A model generated the notes under the pieces. The model searched no databases, was not told where the DNA came from, and worked only from the letters and a program-made list of their open reading frames with translations. 64,000 nucleotides of DNA from NCBI GenBank assembly GCA_951406725.2, contig OX597816.1:29326001-29390000 (forward strand), written 5' to 3'. Of the stretch, positions 41,814-55,279 are shown piece by piece (positions within the stretch are counted from its first letter, which is position 1; each line of letters begins with the position of its first letter). Source of the DNA: Octopus vulgaris. Lineage: Eukaryota. The position numbers were made by a program, and so were the translations under genes.

Positions 41814-42022
41814 GGTCGGTGTCTTGCCAGAATCGTTAGGGCGCCGGGCAAAATGCTTTGTGGCATTTCGTCCGTCTTCATGTTCAACTTCCATCAAGCT
41901 CGATTTGACCTTTCTTTCTTTGGAGATCGATAACATAAATATCAGTTGAACACTGGGGTCGATGTTTATCGATTTATCCCCTTCCAAGTAACTGCTGGCC
42001 TCGTGTCAAAATTTGAAATCGA
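41814..42022 (+). mobile_element. SINE family B, diverged
   Basis: cagaatcgttagggcgccgggcaaaatgc..ggcatttcgtccgtc..cactggggtcgatg..tcgatttatcccc. Confidence 0.7.
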
Positions 42023-43156
42023 TATTAAAAAGTATCCTAATAACTCATCGTATATTTCTGAGGCGGAATTTGCGATACATGTTTCATCATTAAAGACTGT
42101 GTCGAGTTTAGTGACAGAGATACTTTAATGGTATGTCATGTAGCAAGAGATTTTTAGGGAGTAGCTAACGTTGTAATGTATAACGGAAAAGGGATAGACC
42201 ATCTGATCGTGGCATTTATGATACAGCTCCTGTCACCTCAGTAAAGCCATTTATGCCGTGGGGGTGGATAGAAACCAGATAAGTTCTGATCGGGAAAAGA
42301 ATGGGAGCTGACATCACTTTGTAGGTGAGAATTAAATAGTGTATTTAATCAGTAAGAGAGAACTTCAACTGAAAATACAACTAGTAGATCTTAAGCACGA
42401 TCATCAATATTTAGTATAATTATTTAGTAATATTTTAGTACATATGTTCGTACTTCTACTGATCACTAAAGAATCATGTAACAACATCATCTACACTTGC
42501 CGAGGAATGAACAGATATGCCACGTGCATTTTGCGATGCTGCAGATATGACGTGTAGTGTTCCTCCTAATATATATTCATAATCTGTAATAAAACTACGA
42601 CACGTTTACCGTTATATACATCGACATCTAATTATGCTCACATAGCTATCGAGATACCGAGGGAGCCAGTATATGGTCATTTATTCCTGATAGAAATTGC
42701 ATTAAAATCTCTTCAATGGGATATTGTCGCGCAGCGGGAACAGAGCAGTAAATACATACATATATATTCAAAACTGCATTCAAATACATATAAAAAGCTT
42801 TATTAAACACAAAACATATTCATTACTTGACTACTTCTACTCATGCTGCGGTACTATGTTTGTACATGTTTCTGTTGTACAGAATTCCATGTACAGTGTC
42901 GTTCAATTCGGCCCACTCTTCGATCTCAGCATCTTTTCCGTGTCACATTGTTAGAACATTATAAAATAGAAATATTTCACTATAGAATTTCAAATAACTC
43001 AAAGATTTCTCAAACATTTTAGAATAACATTTTGAGGTTCAATCTGATTAAGCAATCCAGTGAAAATGATGCTAAAATATCGCTAGGACTTTTAGAGAAA
43101 GTAGTCAAATATCCCTCAAAACAGACCAAAAGAATTATTGTGGCTAATGTAACATT

Positions 43157-43460
43157 TGTTCGTTCCTTCTCGAGCCATGCCTGGCTCATAAAAGCCGGTT
43201 TCCCGGTTTCCTTGGAGTATAGGTTCCCCACCTGGATGGGACGCCGGTCCTTCGCAGGTGAGCTGCAAGATGCAGGAGGAAAGGGTGAGGGAAAGTTGTG
43301 GCGAAAGAGTCAGCAGAAATTCGCCATTACCTTCTGCCGGAGCCGCTTGGAGCTTAGGTATTTCGCTCATAAACACATACATCGTCCGGTCTGATATTCG
43401 AACCCGCGATCCCTCGACGGCGAGTCCGCTGCTCTATCCACTAGGCCACGTGCCTCCACA
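43157..43460 (-). mobile_element. SINE family C (head C, tail Y) with near-perfect TSD
   Basis: Minus head tgtggaggcacgtggcctagtgg..gggttcgaatatc. Flanks are taatgtaacatt (43145-43156) and taatgtaaacatt (43461-43473). Close match to 49627-49926. Confidence 0.88.
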
Positions 43461-44920
43461 TAATGTAAACATTGATAAACTATGCCTGAATAGAATAGTG
43501 TTTGTGCACGTATAGAATATCTTTGAATAATAATCTGCCCAATCAGGGTTCATATTTTCTTGAAGAGCCACTAATATGTTGCTGTGTATGAGCTCAAATT
43601 CAACCTTGATCTCGTTGAGCTATAATTAAATAAACTTCAGCAAAAGAGTGGCATACTTAGCGTGTGAAGATCAATTTATGCAAGAAATTTAAAATGATCT
43701 ACGTACTACCTTTCTTGATCACAACCTTTCACTGTTTTAAGGCAATCTAATATAAATTACTGGAGGTGTAATTGATATTTGTAGCACGAGAAGCTACTGC
43801 TATAGAATCCAGTTCCACAGAACACATGCTTACATTCTCTTATGGTTTTAAAAATTTGGTCTCTTCTCTTCCCTATAGATTTCTCGTAAAAAATATATTA
43901 AAACAATCCTGCTGTATCATATATAAGACACCGCATTTCATTTGGTGACATAGAATGTTGATCATATTATTAAAGATCCACAGTATATGTGAATTAGAAA
44001 CTATATAATTTAAGACACATGACGCCCTACGCTTTTACAAATGTTGCACTGACTAGCGTAATTAAACCAAAATAACTATAACCTAAAATAACAATGTTGT
44101 TGCAAAGTTCCACATTTACTCTAGTGTATACATCATAGTCTACAGAAATATAAAATGATCATTATATGATATAGATTTCTGAATAATTTAACAAGGGAAT
44201 TCGTGATACATTTTCTCAGTTGATACTTAAGGAAAGCAAATATGAATAACACTCAAAAATCTGTCGCAGTATTATCATCCTTGATTTATCATTTCTACAG
44301 AAGATGCCAAACCATATATAGGAGAATTATGCGAAGTAATAAGAGAATCTAAAGATACTAGGTAGACCAGTGATATTTAGAGTACCTATGGTACATTATG
44401 AGAGCATTAAAGGTCGCAGTTTGGAATATGGTCAACTAGAACAAAGGTATAATAGATATGTAAATTTACATAATAAAATGCAAATTGATACCCGAATAAC
44501 ATTATCTTACAAAATTTCTTATGAAATCTTCTTATCAAGAAATGTTTCTATTTTCAGAGACCTTTTGTTGCAATAAATTCATAAATTCTTCAATGTATAA
44601 TAAAAGGTGTACATTTTTACAACTATAAAATATTTCTAGAAGAAATATAATGAGAAAAATTACCCATTATAGTTGATACTATGGAAATATTTTCTACACC
44701 ATTTCAGAAATTAAAACGCATTGTTCATATTCAAAAGTTCTTAACGGCAACTTGGTGTTCTGCTGTTGCAAGTCCATTCAAATATATGATTCTGATATCT
44801 TACGATAAGAAATATGTCTAAAAAGTATGTAAAGAAACGATGAAATATTATTGGTCCGGCGAACACATTAGTATAAGGAATCGTTTTTTTTTTTAATCTA
44901 TTTTCTATTGTTGATGTTAA

Positions 44921-45720
44921 GGCAATGAGCTTCAAGAATCGTTAGTACGCCGAGCGAAATGCTTAGCGGCATTTCGTCTGCCGTTACATTCTGAGTTCAA
45001 ATTCCGCCGAGGTCAACTTTGCCTTTCATCCTTTCGGTGTCGATAAATTAAGTACCAGTTACGCACCGGGGTCGATAAAATCGACTTAATCCGTTTGTCT
45101 GTCCTTGTTTGACTTCTCTGTGTTTAGCCTCTTGTGGGTAGTAAAGAAATAGGTATATCTTCTGCCGTTACGTTGTGAGTTCAAATTCCGCCGAGGTCGA
45201 CATTGCATTTCATCCTTTCGGGGTCAATTAAATAAGTACCAGTTACGCACTGCGGTCGGTATAACCGACTTATTCCGTTTGTCTTTCCTTGTTTGTCCTC
45301 TCTGTGTTTAGCCCCTTGTGGGTAGTAAAGAAATGGCATTTCATATGCCGCTAGGTTCTGAGTTCAAATGTCGCCGAGGTCGACTTTGCCTTTCAACGTT
45401 TCGGGTTCGATAAATTACGTACTAGTGAAATACTGGGGTCAATGTTATCGACTAGTCCCTTACCCCAGAATTGTAGGCCTTGTGCCTGCAGTTGAAGGGA
45501 TTTCTGTTGTTGTTAAAACGACGCGCAAGCCGAATCGTTAGCGTGCCGGAAAAATTGCGTAGCGGCATTTCGTCTGCTTTTACAAATTGAGTTCAAATTT
45601 CGCCGGGTTCGTCTTTGCTTTTCAATCTTTCTGAGTCGATAAAATAAGCACCAGTTCACTGCTGGGGTCGAATCTCATTCCAATTCCCAGAAATTTCCAA
45701 ATTTTGACTATAATAGAGAT
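44921..45720 (+). mobile_element. SINE family B cluster: head-sharing trimer (44921-~45500) plus a separate monomer (~45519-45720)
   Basis: The core gagttcaaa..gccgaggtc.ac.ttgc.tttca occurs four times. Units 2 and 3 restart at ggtat/ggcat directly after the gtaaagaaat tail. Confidence 0.88.
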
Positions 45721-46752
45721 GATTATTTTGGATGTGTTGCTAGTGTAGTGATATGAAAGAATCAGTGGAATGAGACAAAATGCATTGTGGTATTTGTTCT
45801 CGCTCCTTAGGTACGGAGACTAAATGAGTAAATGTTCAAATTTACCTACCACTGTACAGAAATCGATAAAATAAAATACCACACAGACTCTGTGTTGAAA
45901 GTACCGACCAATTCTTTTGTTTTAGTTATTGTTCAATTGCTTAGCACCTTTCACATTCCTAGCCATTTTTCTGAACAAATGTATTATTATTTTGTATGTA
46001 TATATGTGAAGGAGGCGTATTCGCGGAATCAGTGGAGCATCCTTAAAGTAACCTTACACCTTTTAGTCATATATCAGTTCATTTTAAATTTAAATCGAAC
46101 GAATTTCAATTGATGCTTCTAGCCGGGATCGATTCAATAACGAATCGAAGCGTTGTGTGTTATTTATTTCTCTACTCAAGTTTGGGGAAGCACCTATACT
46201 CTCTTCGATCCTAATACTAAAATTACATGCTAGATAGATCAACTTGTTTTACTGCAATAAAGTTGCCCGTGGTGATATCAGATCACAATGGTGTTCGCTG
46301 GAGTGTTTCCGCAGATTACACTTCAAACATCGGGTCTAGTTTTGTTCCTGACTTTATCCCTTGTCGAATCACACATCTAAATTATCTGTAACCTGTTTTT
46401 CTACTCCTATAGCATTTATTTGTTATAAAGATATAAGATGTATAGTGTCTTAGCAGCTATTTTGACTATATTTTCTACTTATTAATAAATTATATAATCA
46501 AAGATCAAATTTATGGACAAGGCAAAATATACTTTAAAAAAAACCGGAGAATTGTGTAGCTGAAAAATTATAACATTTATTTTGTCAAAAATTTAATATT
46601 ATTATTTAAAAGTCAAATAAAACCTTCAAGGATTGTTTGTGAGTAAATGTTAATGAACCATTGATTACGTTTATTACATCTTAACCTAACCCAGTAACCG
46701 TATTCCTGATTTAGAAAATGTATAGGAGTATAATATCAGTTTAAATTTTGTG

Positions 46753-46930
46753 GCAACAGCATAATGTCGTGTAGGTTTGCAACAGCATAATGTCGTGTAG
46801 GTCTTACAACAGCATAATGTTGGTTAGGTCGAGTAGGTCAACAAGACAGAACATTATGGATATGCCTAGTAGGTCTTGCAACAACATGATGTCGAGTAGG
46901 TCGTGTAGGCTGAGTAGGCCAACATGATGG
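46753..46930 (+). repeat. Minisatellite with a ~26-28-bp unit (gcaacagcataatgtcgtgtaggtc)
   Basis: Three adjacent copies plus a fourth at ~46878, interleaved with gtcgagtagg sub-repeats. Confidence 0.75.
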
Positions 46931-47850
46931 AAAATCATGCGCATTGGACAGTAACTTATCTCTACACACCAAATGGGTCTGGAAATGAATGATAAGTGTT
47001 CAACAATAAGGAAAGTATGTTTTCAGCAATTTCGATTATGTTCAACACAAAGTATGTTTTACAACAAAGCAGGAAAGCATGCAAATAACCCTATCTTTCC
47101 AGTTCAGAAAAAAATAGTGAGGCTGTTCAAAGAACAGATTTGTTTGAGAGTAAGTTACCTATTTCAGGCAACAACTGCATCTCAAAAGAGTCTACAAGTC
47201 AACACTGCTAGAACACCGCATAAGTTTCATTGCCTTCATTGATTCCCTTAGAGTTCGAAACAAGGACGCTATTCTGTTTCTATAAACCACCAACGTTTCT
47301 GCTATCACCGCCAGCCATAGGATTTCTAGAATTTATCAAGAGTTTCTGTTTTGAGAGTCATCCGTGTAGAGAAATTCGTGAGAGTCACTGGCACAGCATG
47401 ACAACCGAGAAGGTTTCTATCGCTGGTTATTTAGTCTGACTATCGAGTGCGTGTCTTCGTACATTTAAGTTATTCATCCTCTCGAAACAGGACCGAATTT
47501 GACGACACTAAAAATAGATTACATGTCCACTTAAGCTATCTTTATTACCAACAACCTCTACGATCTACGGCATAAGCTAGTTTTTTTTTTAAATAGATCT
47601 GTAAGGATATGTAGGTGCTCTATCAAACACACAGCTTACAAAAATGCCAACCAAGTAGAGTGACCTCATATGATATGCTCTCCTTTACCACGGCATCATA
47701 ACTACCGTTAGACATTTTAGACAACATATTTCGCTCAAGAGTCAAAGCAAACCGATGGTGTCAGTAATAATTTACGACTTCTCTCTCGCTCCACGAAAAA
47801 TAGTAACTGTCGACATTTAATCTTATTTTCTTCAGCAGAATCATCGTAAG

Positions 47851-47851
<1 letters not shown>

Positions 47852-47894
<43 letters not shown>

Positions 47895-47935
47895 CCATCA
47901 TCACCATCACCACCATCATCATCATCATCATCATT
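47852..47935 (+). repeat. (ATC)n microsatellite near the 3' end of the minus-strand LINE
   Basis: Direct reading. Confidence 0.9.
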
Positions 47936-47989
47936 TCTTTACTTATTTCTGTCAATTTTTATTTTGTATTCCTCTCCTTTGATGAAATT

Positions 47990-50890
47990 TAGGTTGCTTT
48001 ATTCTTCGATAACAAGTCGCCACCAATCATCTCAGCCATCCAAGGACTTTCGAATGATCTTCCCCGTCCCTAATAAGCAGGCCAGTTGCATATATTCTAT
48101 GTGCTTGGACAAGCAAATCTTTTCAGTCCATTGCTTGAGCTTCTTCCCCACATTCCTAAGCCTCCAATTGGTGCCCCCTCCATATTTTCAGTATCTTCTT
48201 AACTTTCTCTTCAGGTCCTGGTATATGACTGTGTTGTTGATTTCTGTTTCATTTATAGTTGTATCAAATGGACAGGTCACATCAATAATTTAGCAAGTCC
48301 TATCCTTCTCCTGAAACGCATATATATCTGCTCTGTTGTATTCTAGGACACGATCCATGTGAATAGAAAATTCCCGAAGACATTTATACTCATTCTCAAT
48401 TACTTTTTTCAGGTACATGTTCACGCCACTTGTAACTTAATAAAAAAAATCGTACTCCTTGCATACTTCCCAGTGGATGACCTTTGCAGCATTATCATTT
48501 CTCCAAGATTTTACCTGTTTCTGTGCGAGTTTGGAGCATTCACTTACTATGGTAGTCACTTTTTCCTGTTCATTGCACAACCTGCACAATTGCTACGCAT
48601 TGAATTCTGGCTTATATTATGCCTTTTTCCGGTTAGCTTGACTTCATCTGCCATGATTAGTCCTTACCCTCTCTTTTGAGAGTTCCTCTTGTCAAGCAAT
48701 TCCCAATGCCTTCGACGCATTTTGCCGCAGCATTCATTATAAACTGTTGGCGTAAACGTTTTTCTATGTAACTTGGCTTTCTGTTTACAAGTAATGCAGA
48801 TTTTGTTTGTCCTTCTTCTAGTATGATTTCATTCCTCACTGCTGCTAGCAATTCTTTACTACTTTTGTTAACAAACCGATTGAGACTTTTCACACACTCC
48901 TCGCATTGATACACCAAATTTACGTTCCATGTACAACCTGTCCATATCTCTTTTATGCAGAGCCTTGAACATTGTAATTATTTTCCGAGGGTTTCGATCA
49001 AATTCTACAGTCACGCTTTGTTCCAACACCTAAGACCTGCCACATATCTCACAAAACATACAGCCCTCTAAGTTATTACCTTTATAATGCTTCCAGAATT
49101 TAACTTAGATCTCAGTCTCTATTTCATGCCTCTGAAGGACACCTTTGAAATTATTTCTGTTTTTTTATGGTATCTGGTTCCGAAACACCCAGAAACGTTT
49201 ATCCTTGACTTTCTTCTAAGCTTTTCATTGCCTGATTATTTGGCAGTTTATGTCCTTGAATTTGTTTTATATTCCTCTTATGTATCAAAACGGCACATTT
49301 ATTGACACCAAATTCAATGCCTATATCGTTGCTGAGAATTCTTATATTGTTCACCAGTATGCCGAGTTGATTTTCATTTTAAATCGTTTATTACCCAAAT
49401 CCTCTTTTAACATAGATCAAAACTATCGACAGAGGTGCTAATAGCAACACAAACATGAGTACTGAGAGAGCATCTCACTGAAATTATTCCCTTTTCATAA
49501 ACGTTGTATACAATCACTTTCCTGCTAGAGATAACTCCGTTTTCCAGGCTATCCTGCTTCTTTCAGCAATCTGTACATTCTCTGCCACTCCAAATATCTC
49601 CATACTTTTCTCTATCCAGCTGTAAGTGTGTTCCTTCTCGAGCCATGCCTGGCTCATAAGGGCCGGTTTCCCGGTTTCCTTGGAGTATAGGTTCCCACCT
49701 GGACAGGACGCCGGTCCGTCGCAGGTGAGCTGCAAGATGCAGGAGGAAAGAGTGAGAGAAAATTGTGGCGAAAGAGTCAGCAGAAGTTCGCCATTACCTT
49801 CTGCCGGAGCCGCGTGGAGCTTAGGTGTTTCGCTCATAAACACACACATCGTCCGGTCTGAGATTCGAACCAGCGATCCATCGATCGCGAGTCCGCTGCT
49901 TTAACCACTATGCCATGTGCCTCCACATCCAGCTGTAAGGTAACATATCATAAGCATTTTTATAAGAATTCTTCTCCATGACTAGTCCCGTTACCCGTCC
50001 TTTGCAGTTCCTTGGTATCCTCTTGTCTATTAACACGTTTTGTCTCACTTGTCCTGTGTTTACAACCCTTCTACTCATCTGGTAATAAACACTCATCATT
50101 TGTACACTCCATCTGCTATGTCAACAAGTTTCCACATGATTGCTACACATGCTATTGGGTGACAGTTTTAGCTCTTCTTTACCCTTTGATACACCATCCA
50201 AGACTAATTTTCTTCCTCCCTGTGTCATCCACAATGGAAAGTCACTCCCAATCATAAAATACTGAAATCGACCTGCAGTTCTCAAGTAATTTCACGTAAA
50301 TAATTTAATCCAATATCCTTTTATTTATCCTATAATTTTCTTGATTTGGTTCGCTTTTTCTTTCAATTTTTCTCGTCTAGATCCTTCGAATTTGGTGGGA
50401 CTTCCTTTGTTATAATCTGTTCTAAAATTTCTTCTGATATTTTAATTTCTTCAATTCCTCTGCTTTTCAGTTCTTGCCTAATGTTTTCTCCATCTCTATT
50501 CAGCATCATATGCTTATTTCGATCATTGTCTTCAGCTTCAAACTATGCTTCATCTATTTTCATTTCATCCATTCAGTTATATAATTCCATTGTCAAATCA
50601 CATTGCAATGCCATATTTTATCTTACATAAGCCTATATCTGAAAGCAACCCATTTGTTCTAAGTTATCGACTTTGATCGGCATTATTCTCCAGTAATTTG
50701 AAAGATTTCGCTTTCCCTCCATTTCGCTATCATTCTCTTTCTGCATCTTTTTCAACTTGGACAATTCTCATCAGCAACCCATTTGTTCTAAGTTATCGAC
50801 TTTGATCGGCAAATTATTCTCCAGTAGTTTGAAAGATTTCGTTTTCCTTCCATTCTCTTTCTGCATCTTTTCATCTTGGACAATTCTCAT
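47990..50890 (-). mobile_element. Decayed R4/Dong-type LINE (third subfamily)
   Basis: Minus frames read LIDKRIPRNCKGRVTGLVM...YKNAYDMLPYSWI (RT domain), FSIHMDRVLEYNRADI..IIDVTCPFD (RLE) and MQLACLLGTGKIIRK (C-terminus). It is interrupted by a SINE. Confidence 0.8.
49627..49926 (-). mobile_element. SINE family C (head C, tail Y) inserted in the LINE RT, with 13-bp TSD
   Basis: TSD atccagctgtaag at 49614-49626 and 49927-49939. A-box tggcatagtgg and B-box ggttcgaatct on the minus strand. Confidence 0.92.
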
Positions 50891-50891
50891 C
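50644..50891. repeat. Diverged tandem duplication, ~125-bp unit
   Basis: agcaacccatttgttctaagttatcgactttgatcggca...cttggacaattctcatc occurs at 50644-50772 and 50773-50891. Confidence 0.85.
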
Positions 50892-50908
50892 AACATTATT
50901 ATTATTAT

Positions 50909-51540
50909 TCTTATTTCATTTACACACAACATATTAGGCTGTTTGAAAATATTCCAAACATCGGGCTACTACAAATAACCTTAGGTGTAAAGAACTCCCT
51001 AATTATCGTAGCTGTCCCTAATAATTTTGTTTTCTGGAGCTACTACTACTTAACTACTAAGTTTTATACATGCACCTCTATTAACGCGTCCAAATCTTTA
51101 AAAACGGTTTGTAACCACACTTACAACTACGCGATGCACTTTACTACTACCACCACCATTACTACTACTACTACTACCATCACCACCACCACTAGCACCA
51201 CCGTGTCTTATACTCATTAGCTCCTACTACTTTACTACCTTTAGGTTCAAACGCTTATCAGTATGTTTAAGACCCAGCTTTCTATATACCTCGCGGTGGA
51301 TTATTCTCCCTAGGTTCTTATGTCATTTATTGTAGTCTTTCGTGCCAGTGTACAACATGCACTAACTATATGTGTAACACATTACTCGTTTGGTTTGCAT
51401 AACCTAAATTAGATTTATGTCTGATTTATGTCTCTCTTGCATTTTATCTATTTAGTCCTCAATGCCTGGTGTTGTGCCGCTATCTTCTGCCTCACCGTTC
51501 AGTTTTCCTCTCTGCATCCACAAATATGTCTCAGTATTAC
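50909..51540 (-). mobile_element. Decayed R4/Dong-type LINE 3' portion (knuckle to 3' end)
   Basis: Minus frames read TYLWMQRGKL..IAAQHQALRTK..RLCK..VTHIVSACCTLA..GRIIH and LQKTKLLGTATIIRE. It ends at (TTA)n 50894-50908. Confidence 0.7.
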
Positions 51541-51900
51541 TATTTTCTACAATAATCTTTGAAAATCTGCCGTCAGATACTCTCGATTCTTTCTCTTGAT
51601 TTTAGTTACATTTAACCTTTGGGATTCCTTATCTCTTCTTCTTCTTCTTCTCCTTCTTATTTTCCTTATTGTTATTATTGTTGTTGTTTCTATTACTATT
51701 ATCTTTTTCAATTTTGTTTTCATTACTAGCCGAGTGCCTTTCCAAAACCTAGGGCAAAAACTCACTGCATACATTCGTAGGCCTTTAAAATAAACACACC
51801 AGGTTGTTCATTTATAGTCATGCGACAGAAAAACGGAGGACAGAGGAATTATTATCATTATTATTATTAACATGACTGCCACTATTATAATTAGTATTAC

Positions 51901-51962
<62 letters not shown>

Positions 51963-51965
<3 letters not shown>

Positions 51966-52245
51966 CGAGAGATATGGCAGGTTAGCTTGGGGAGTTAAGC
52001 AGTTGTGGTTGATGAAAAGGTACCAATAATTGTCAGAGCCCTGGGAACAGTGAGCAAAAATCTCGAGAAGTACATGGAACAAATAGAGCTGCAATAAGGG
52101 TGGACCATTTCCAGAAAACAGGACTGCTTGGAACAGCTCAAATACTCGGGACGGTGCTCGAAAAGTAAGAGATGTTAAGTTAGTTCACTGGTAGTGAACG
52201 GCTGACACTGTAGTACATCTCCAGCGTTAGAAGCTTTGCAAAGGC
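51963..52245 (+). mobile_element. R4/Dong-type LINE extreme 3' end after (TAA)n
   Basis: ERYGRLAWGVKQLW../VPIIVRALGTVSKNLEKYMEQI../FQKTGLLGTAQILGTVLEK*. Preceded by (TAA)n 51899-51962. Confidence 0.8.
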
Positions 52246-52428
52246 AACAACAATGATGATGATGATGATGGGGATGATGATGATGATGATGATGATGATG
52301 GTGATGATGGTGATGATGATGGTGGTGGTGGTGGTGGTGATGATGATGGTGATGATGGTGATGGTGGTGGTGGTGTGATGATGATGATGATGATGATGAT
52401 AATAATAATAATAATAATAATAATAAAT
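52246..52428 (+). repeat. Compound (GAT)n(GGT)n(TAA)n microsatellite
   Basis: Direct reading. Confidence 0.9.
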
Positions 52429-52921
52429 GTATGTATACAGTACTTGGCACTAGCTCTCATGGCTTCTGATCTTAATTGATTGTGATATCATGTACATAGA
52501 TTTGTACAACAAATATTCTGCTCAATACCACAGATTTGCTTCTCAGTTGCTTACCCTTGACCGGTTGAGCATGTTCTTTAGTCGCTGACGATATGTGTAT
52601 CTCTGACCACGAGCAGAAGTTGTGGAGGTGATCATAGCCATGTGTTGAGAGAAATTTTGGGCGTTTGGACAATTTACCTTTGAATATATGGGTGTTTTCC
52701 TCAACTTCTTTAAACAACCTTTATTCAGGGACCTTTTGAGCGGGATGGGCTACTCGACCAGAAGGAAATACAAACTGGGGCCCATATGCAAGATAATGCG
52801 CATACGGTTGTGATGCATGTGCCTGGTGTACTCTTATCGGGCGGATAGTCATGATGGGTATGCTGGGGTTAATATATTTTATCACAGTATCTCTTTCATG
52901 GCATGCACAGCTCCCTCACTC
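52429..52921 (+). mobile_element. Unclassified ~550-bp non-coding retroposon-like element in (TAA)n, older copy with deletions
   Basis: Colinear end to end with 61584-62137 and ends ctcactc-(aat)n. Confidence 0.75.
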
Positions 52922-52974
<53 letters not shown>

Positions 52975-54122
52975 TTTTAAATAATAATAATAATAATAAT
53001 AACAATAACAATTATCTTTATTATTGTCATTATTATTATTATTGTTTGTTGTTGTTATTTAATCACATTTAAATTCAAATGAACAATTTGGTGTTTGTCA
53101 ATTACATCGACCCAAAACCTTGACTAGTATTCTATTTTACCGATCTCGGAAGAAAAGTTAACCCTATTGGGAATTGAAATACTAGATGGATAAATGCTAC
53201 AAGGCATTTTTTTCGGATACTGAATCGTATCAGTTCCAGCGCTCTGCCTTCATACTGCAACTAATATTACCGCCAGTCCTGCTGTTAATGCCGCTGACGC
53301 TAGCAATATTAACGATAGTAATAATAATAAGAAAAGTTAGAAAAAGAGGTGGAAGGGGAGGAAGCGGAGTGGTGGAGAAGAAGAAGAAAGAGGAGGAGGA
53401 GAGAAATTTTGCCCAGCTTATACAGAAATACAGAAATGTAAAGAATATAAAAGATCATATCGATTCTGGTATTTCAATGATATTAAGTGATCTTCCCTTC
53501 CAACGCGTGGAAGGATAATAGGTGGATATGATTTCTGGTTTCCTACACGACATTAGACAATACAGTTGAATACCTTGAAAGATGTCATCCGTACCTCTGA
53601 AGATTTTACCATCAACCAGCAATAACATAAAAACAACTGAACGAAATTGGTAATGGGTGAAATCAATTTTAAATATGAAAACTAACCTGTTCTCTATGAC
53701 AGTCGAAAAGAACCAAAATAAATTGAAAATCATTTTAATATCCTTATTTAACGCTCTGCTTGCTAGTAGCTACATTATTCCATTACTATAGAAACGCAGA
53801 AAAATACCCTCATGGGAAATCATACGCTGACAACAACAACAAAAGCAACAACAACATCAACAAAGTGGCCTGATAATGAGGAAAGACTTTCGATTTATTC
53901 CCATTAGATAGATGTAATTGAAAGCTGAAATGCAACAACGTTTGTTTAAAAGAGAAATAGAAAATAATTTGGTAAAGATAGAAAGATATTGAAAACAGAA
54001 CGCACAACGGAATTTATACAGAATATATTCCAGTAGAAAAGAACAGCTGTGTTTTATGCGCACACATTCGGCTACCACTAAAACTTGCGACAGAAAGGTT
54101 TAAATAATGCCAACACGCACAC

Positions 54123-54177
<55 letters not shown>

Positions 54178-54499
54178 GTATAGCGTTATTAAGTGACAGT
54201 AAACCTACACTGCCTTCCAATTTCGTTCAGGAAATACGAAGGAAAAAGCCAGTAAGAATGCTTGATTGGCTCCCAATGAAATTGCTTTCACGTCAGCGTC
54301 CTATCTCAATCTGATTTTACTGGAAATATAATTCCGTTCCGTAAGAAAGTTATTTGCCATTCAAACTAAGAATACGCGTGTGGATTTGAAATTTGGATTC
54401 ATGCGAAGTTATGCTGACTATAACGATTTCCGAAATTTTAAAGGCATTAATTTCATCTTTTCTTATTAATAGCAGCATTGTTTCTCTCCCGGTAAACTG

Positions 54500-55279
54500 A
54501 CATCTGACTGATCAAAGAAATCTAGCAGAGGAACTAGGAGGGAATCCTTTAGAAAATGGATGAAATTTGACATTGTGGTGTAATCAATTACCAGCAGGAA
54601 ACATTCAGACTGGTTGCTACATTATAGCAAGAAGAGCCAGCTTTATCAAGAGTGAAACAGTGACCAGCTGAATTAAAAAATTAGATGGACGGGTCTTTGC
54701 AACAGGCCGCCTCCAAGGAAAACATTAATCGTAGAAACCCCCTCTTCTCCTGCTCTAAAGAAGACCAAAATCGTTTCATCTACAGTAAAGGTAATAGCCT
54801 CAGTCGTTTTGGAAGCAAAGAACACTGTGTTTATTTACTATCTTCCAAACTCCACCTCATCAATGTCGAGTTCGATATTAACTTGCTGAGGCAGTTACGG
54901 AAGGTCATCAAGAAAACTCACAAAGGAGGCCTTGTTTCATCCGGACAATTCTCCCGCGCACACGTCTTTTGATTCAATGGCTGCTGTGCATAACTGTGCC
55001 AGTGACAAAACTCCCGATTTGGCCCTATCTTTTCCACAACACGACAAAACTTGTTTTGGAACCAGCATCGCTGTGATGATGATATCTGTTGAAAATATTT
55101 GTTAATGAGTTTTTTTGACGAAGAGGATGAAAGCTCTTGCCCCAGTGGTACACAAGCACTGCAACGCCGATGGGAAGAATGTGTGAACCGGCAGGGAAAC
55201 TAAGCTGAGGAATAAACCTCATTTGGTAACGTTCGATGAGAGTGTCTTGATTGTCTATGAGTTTTTCAGGTTACCCACG
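54500..55279 (+). pseudogene. Mariner transposase remnant, internally deleted
   Basis: MDEI*HCGVINY start, STVKVIASVVLEAKNTVFIYYL (SAGKVMASVFWD-like), TPDLALS (SPDLAPS-like), and QALQRRWEECVNRQGN. Confidence 0.75.

Noticed and set aside
46753-46930. Repeat/spacer-like pattern resembling a CRISPR array
   Set aside because: The units are adjacent without unique spacers, there are no cas genes, and the context is eukaryotic.
53186-53733. ORFs 53186-53518 and 53455-53733 with a hydrophobic segment and basic/acidic runs
   Set aside because: Built largely from a degenerate SINE and decayed trinucleotide repeats, with no family resemblance.
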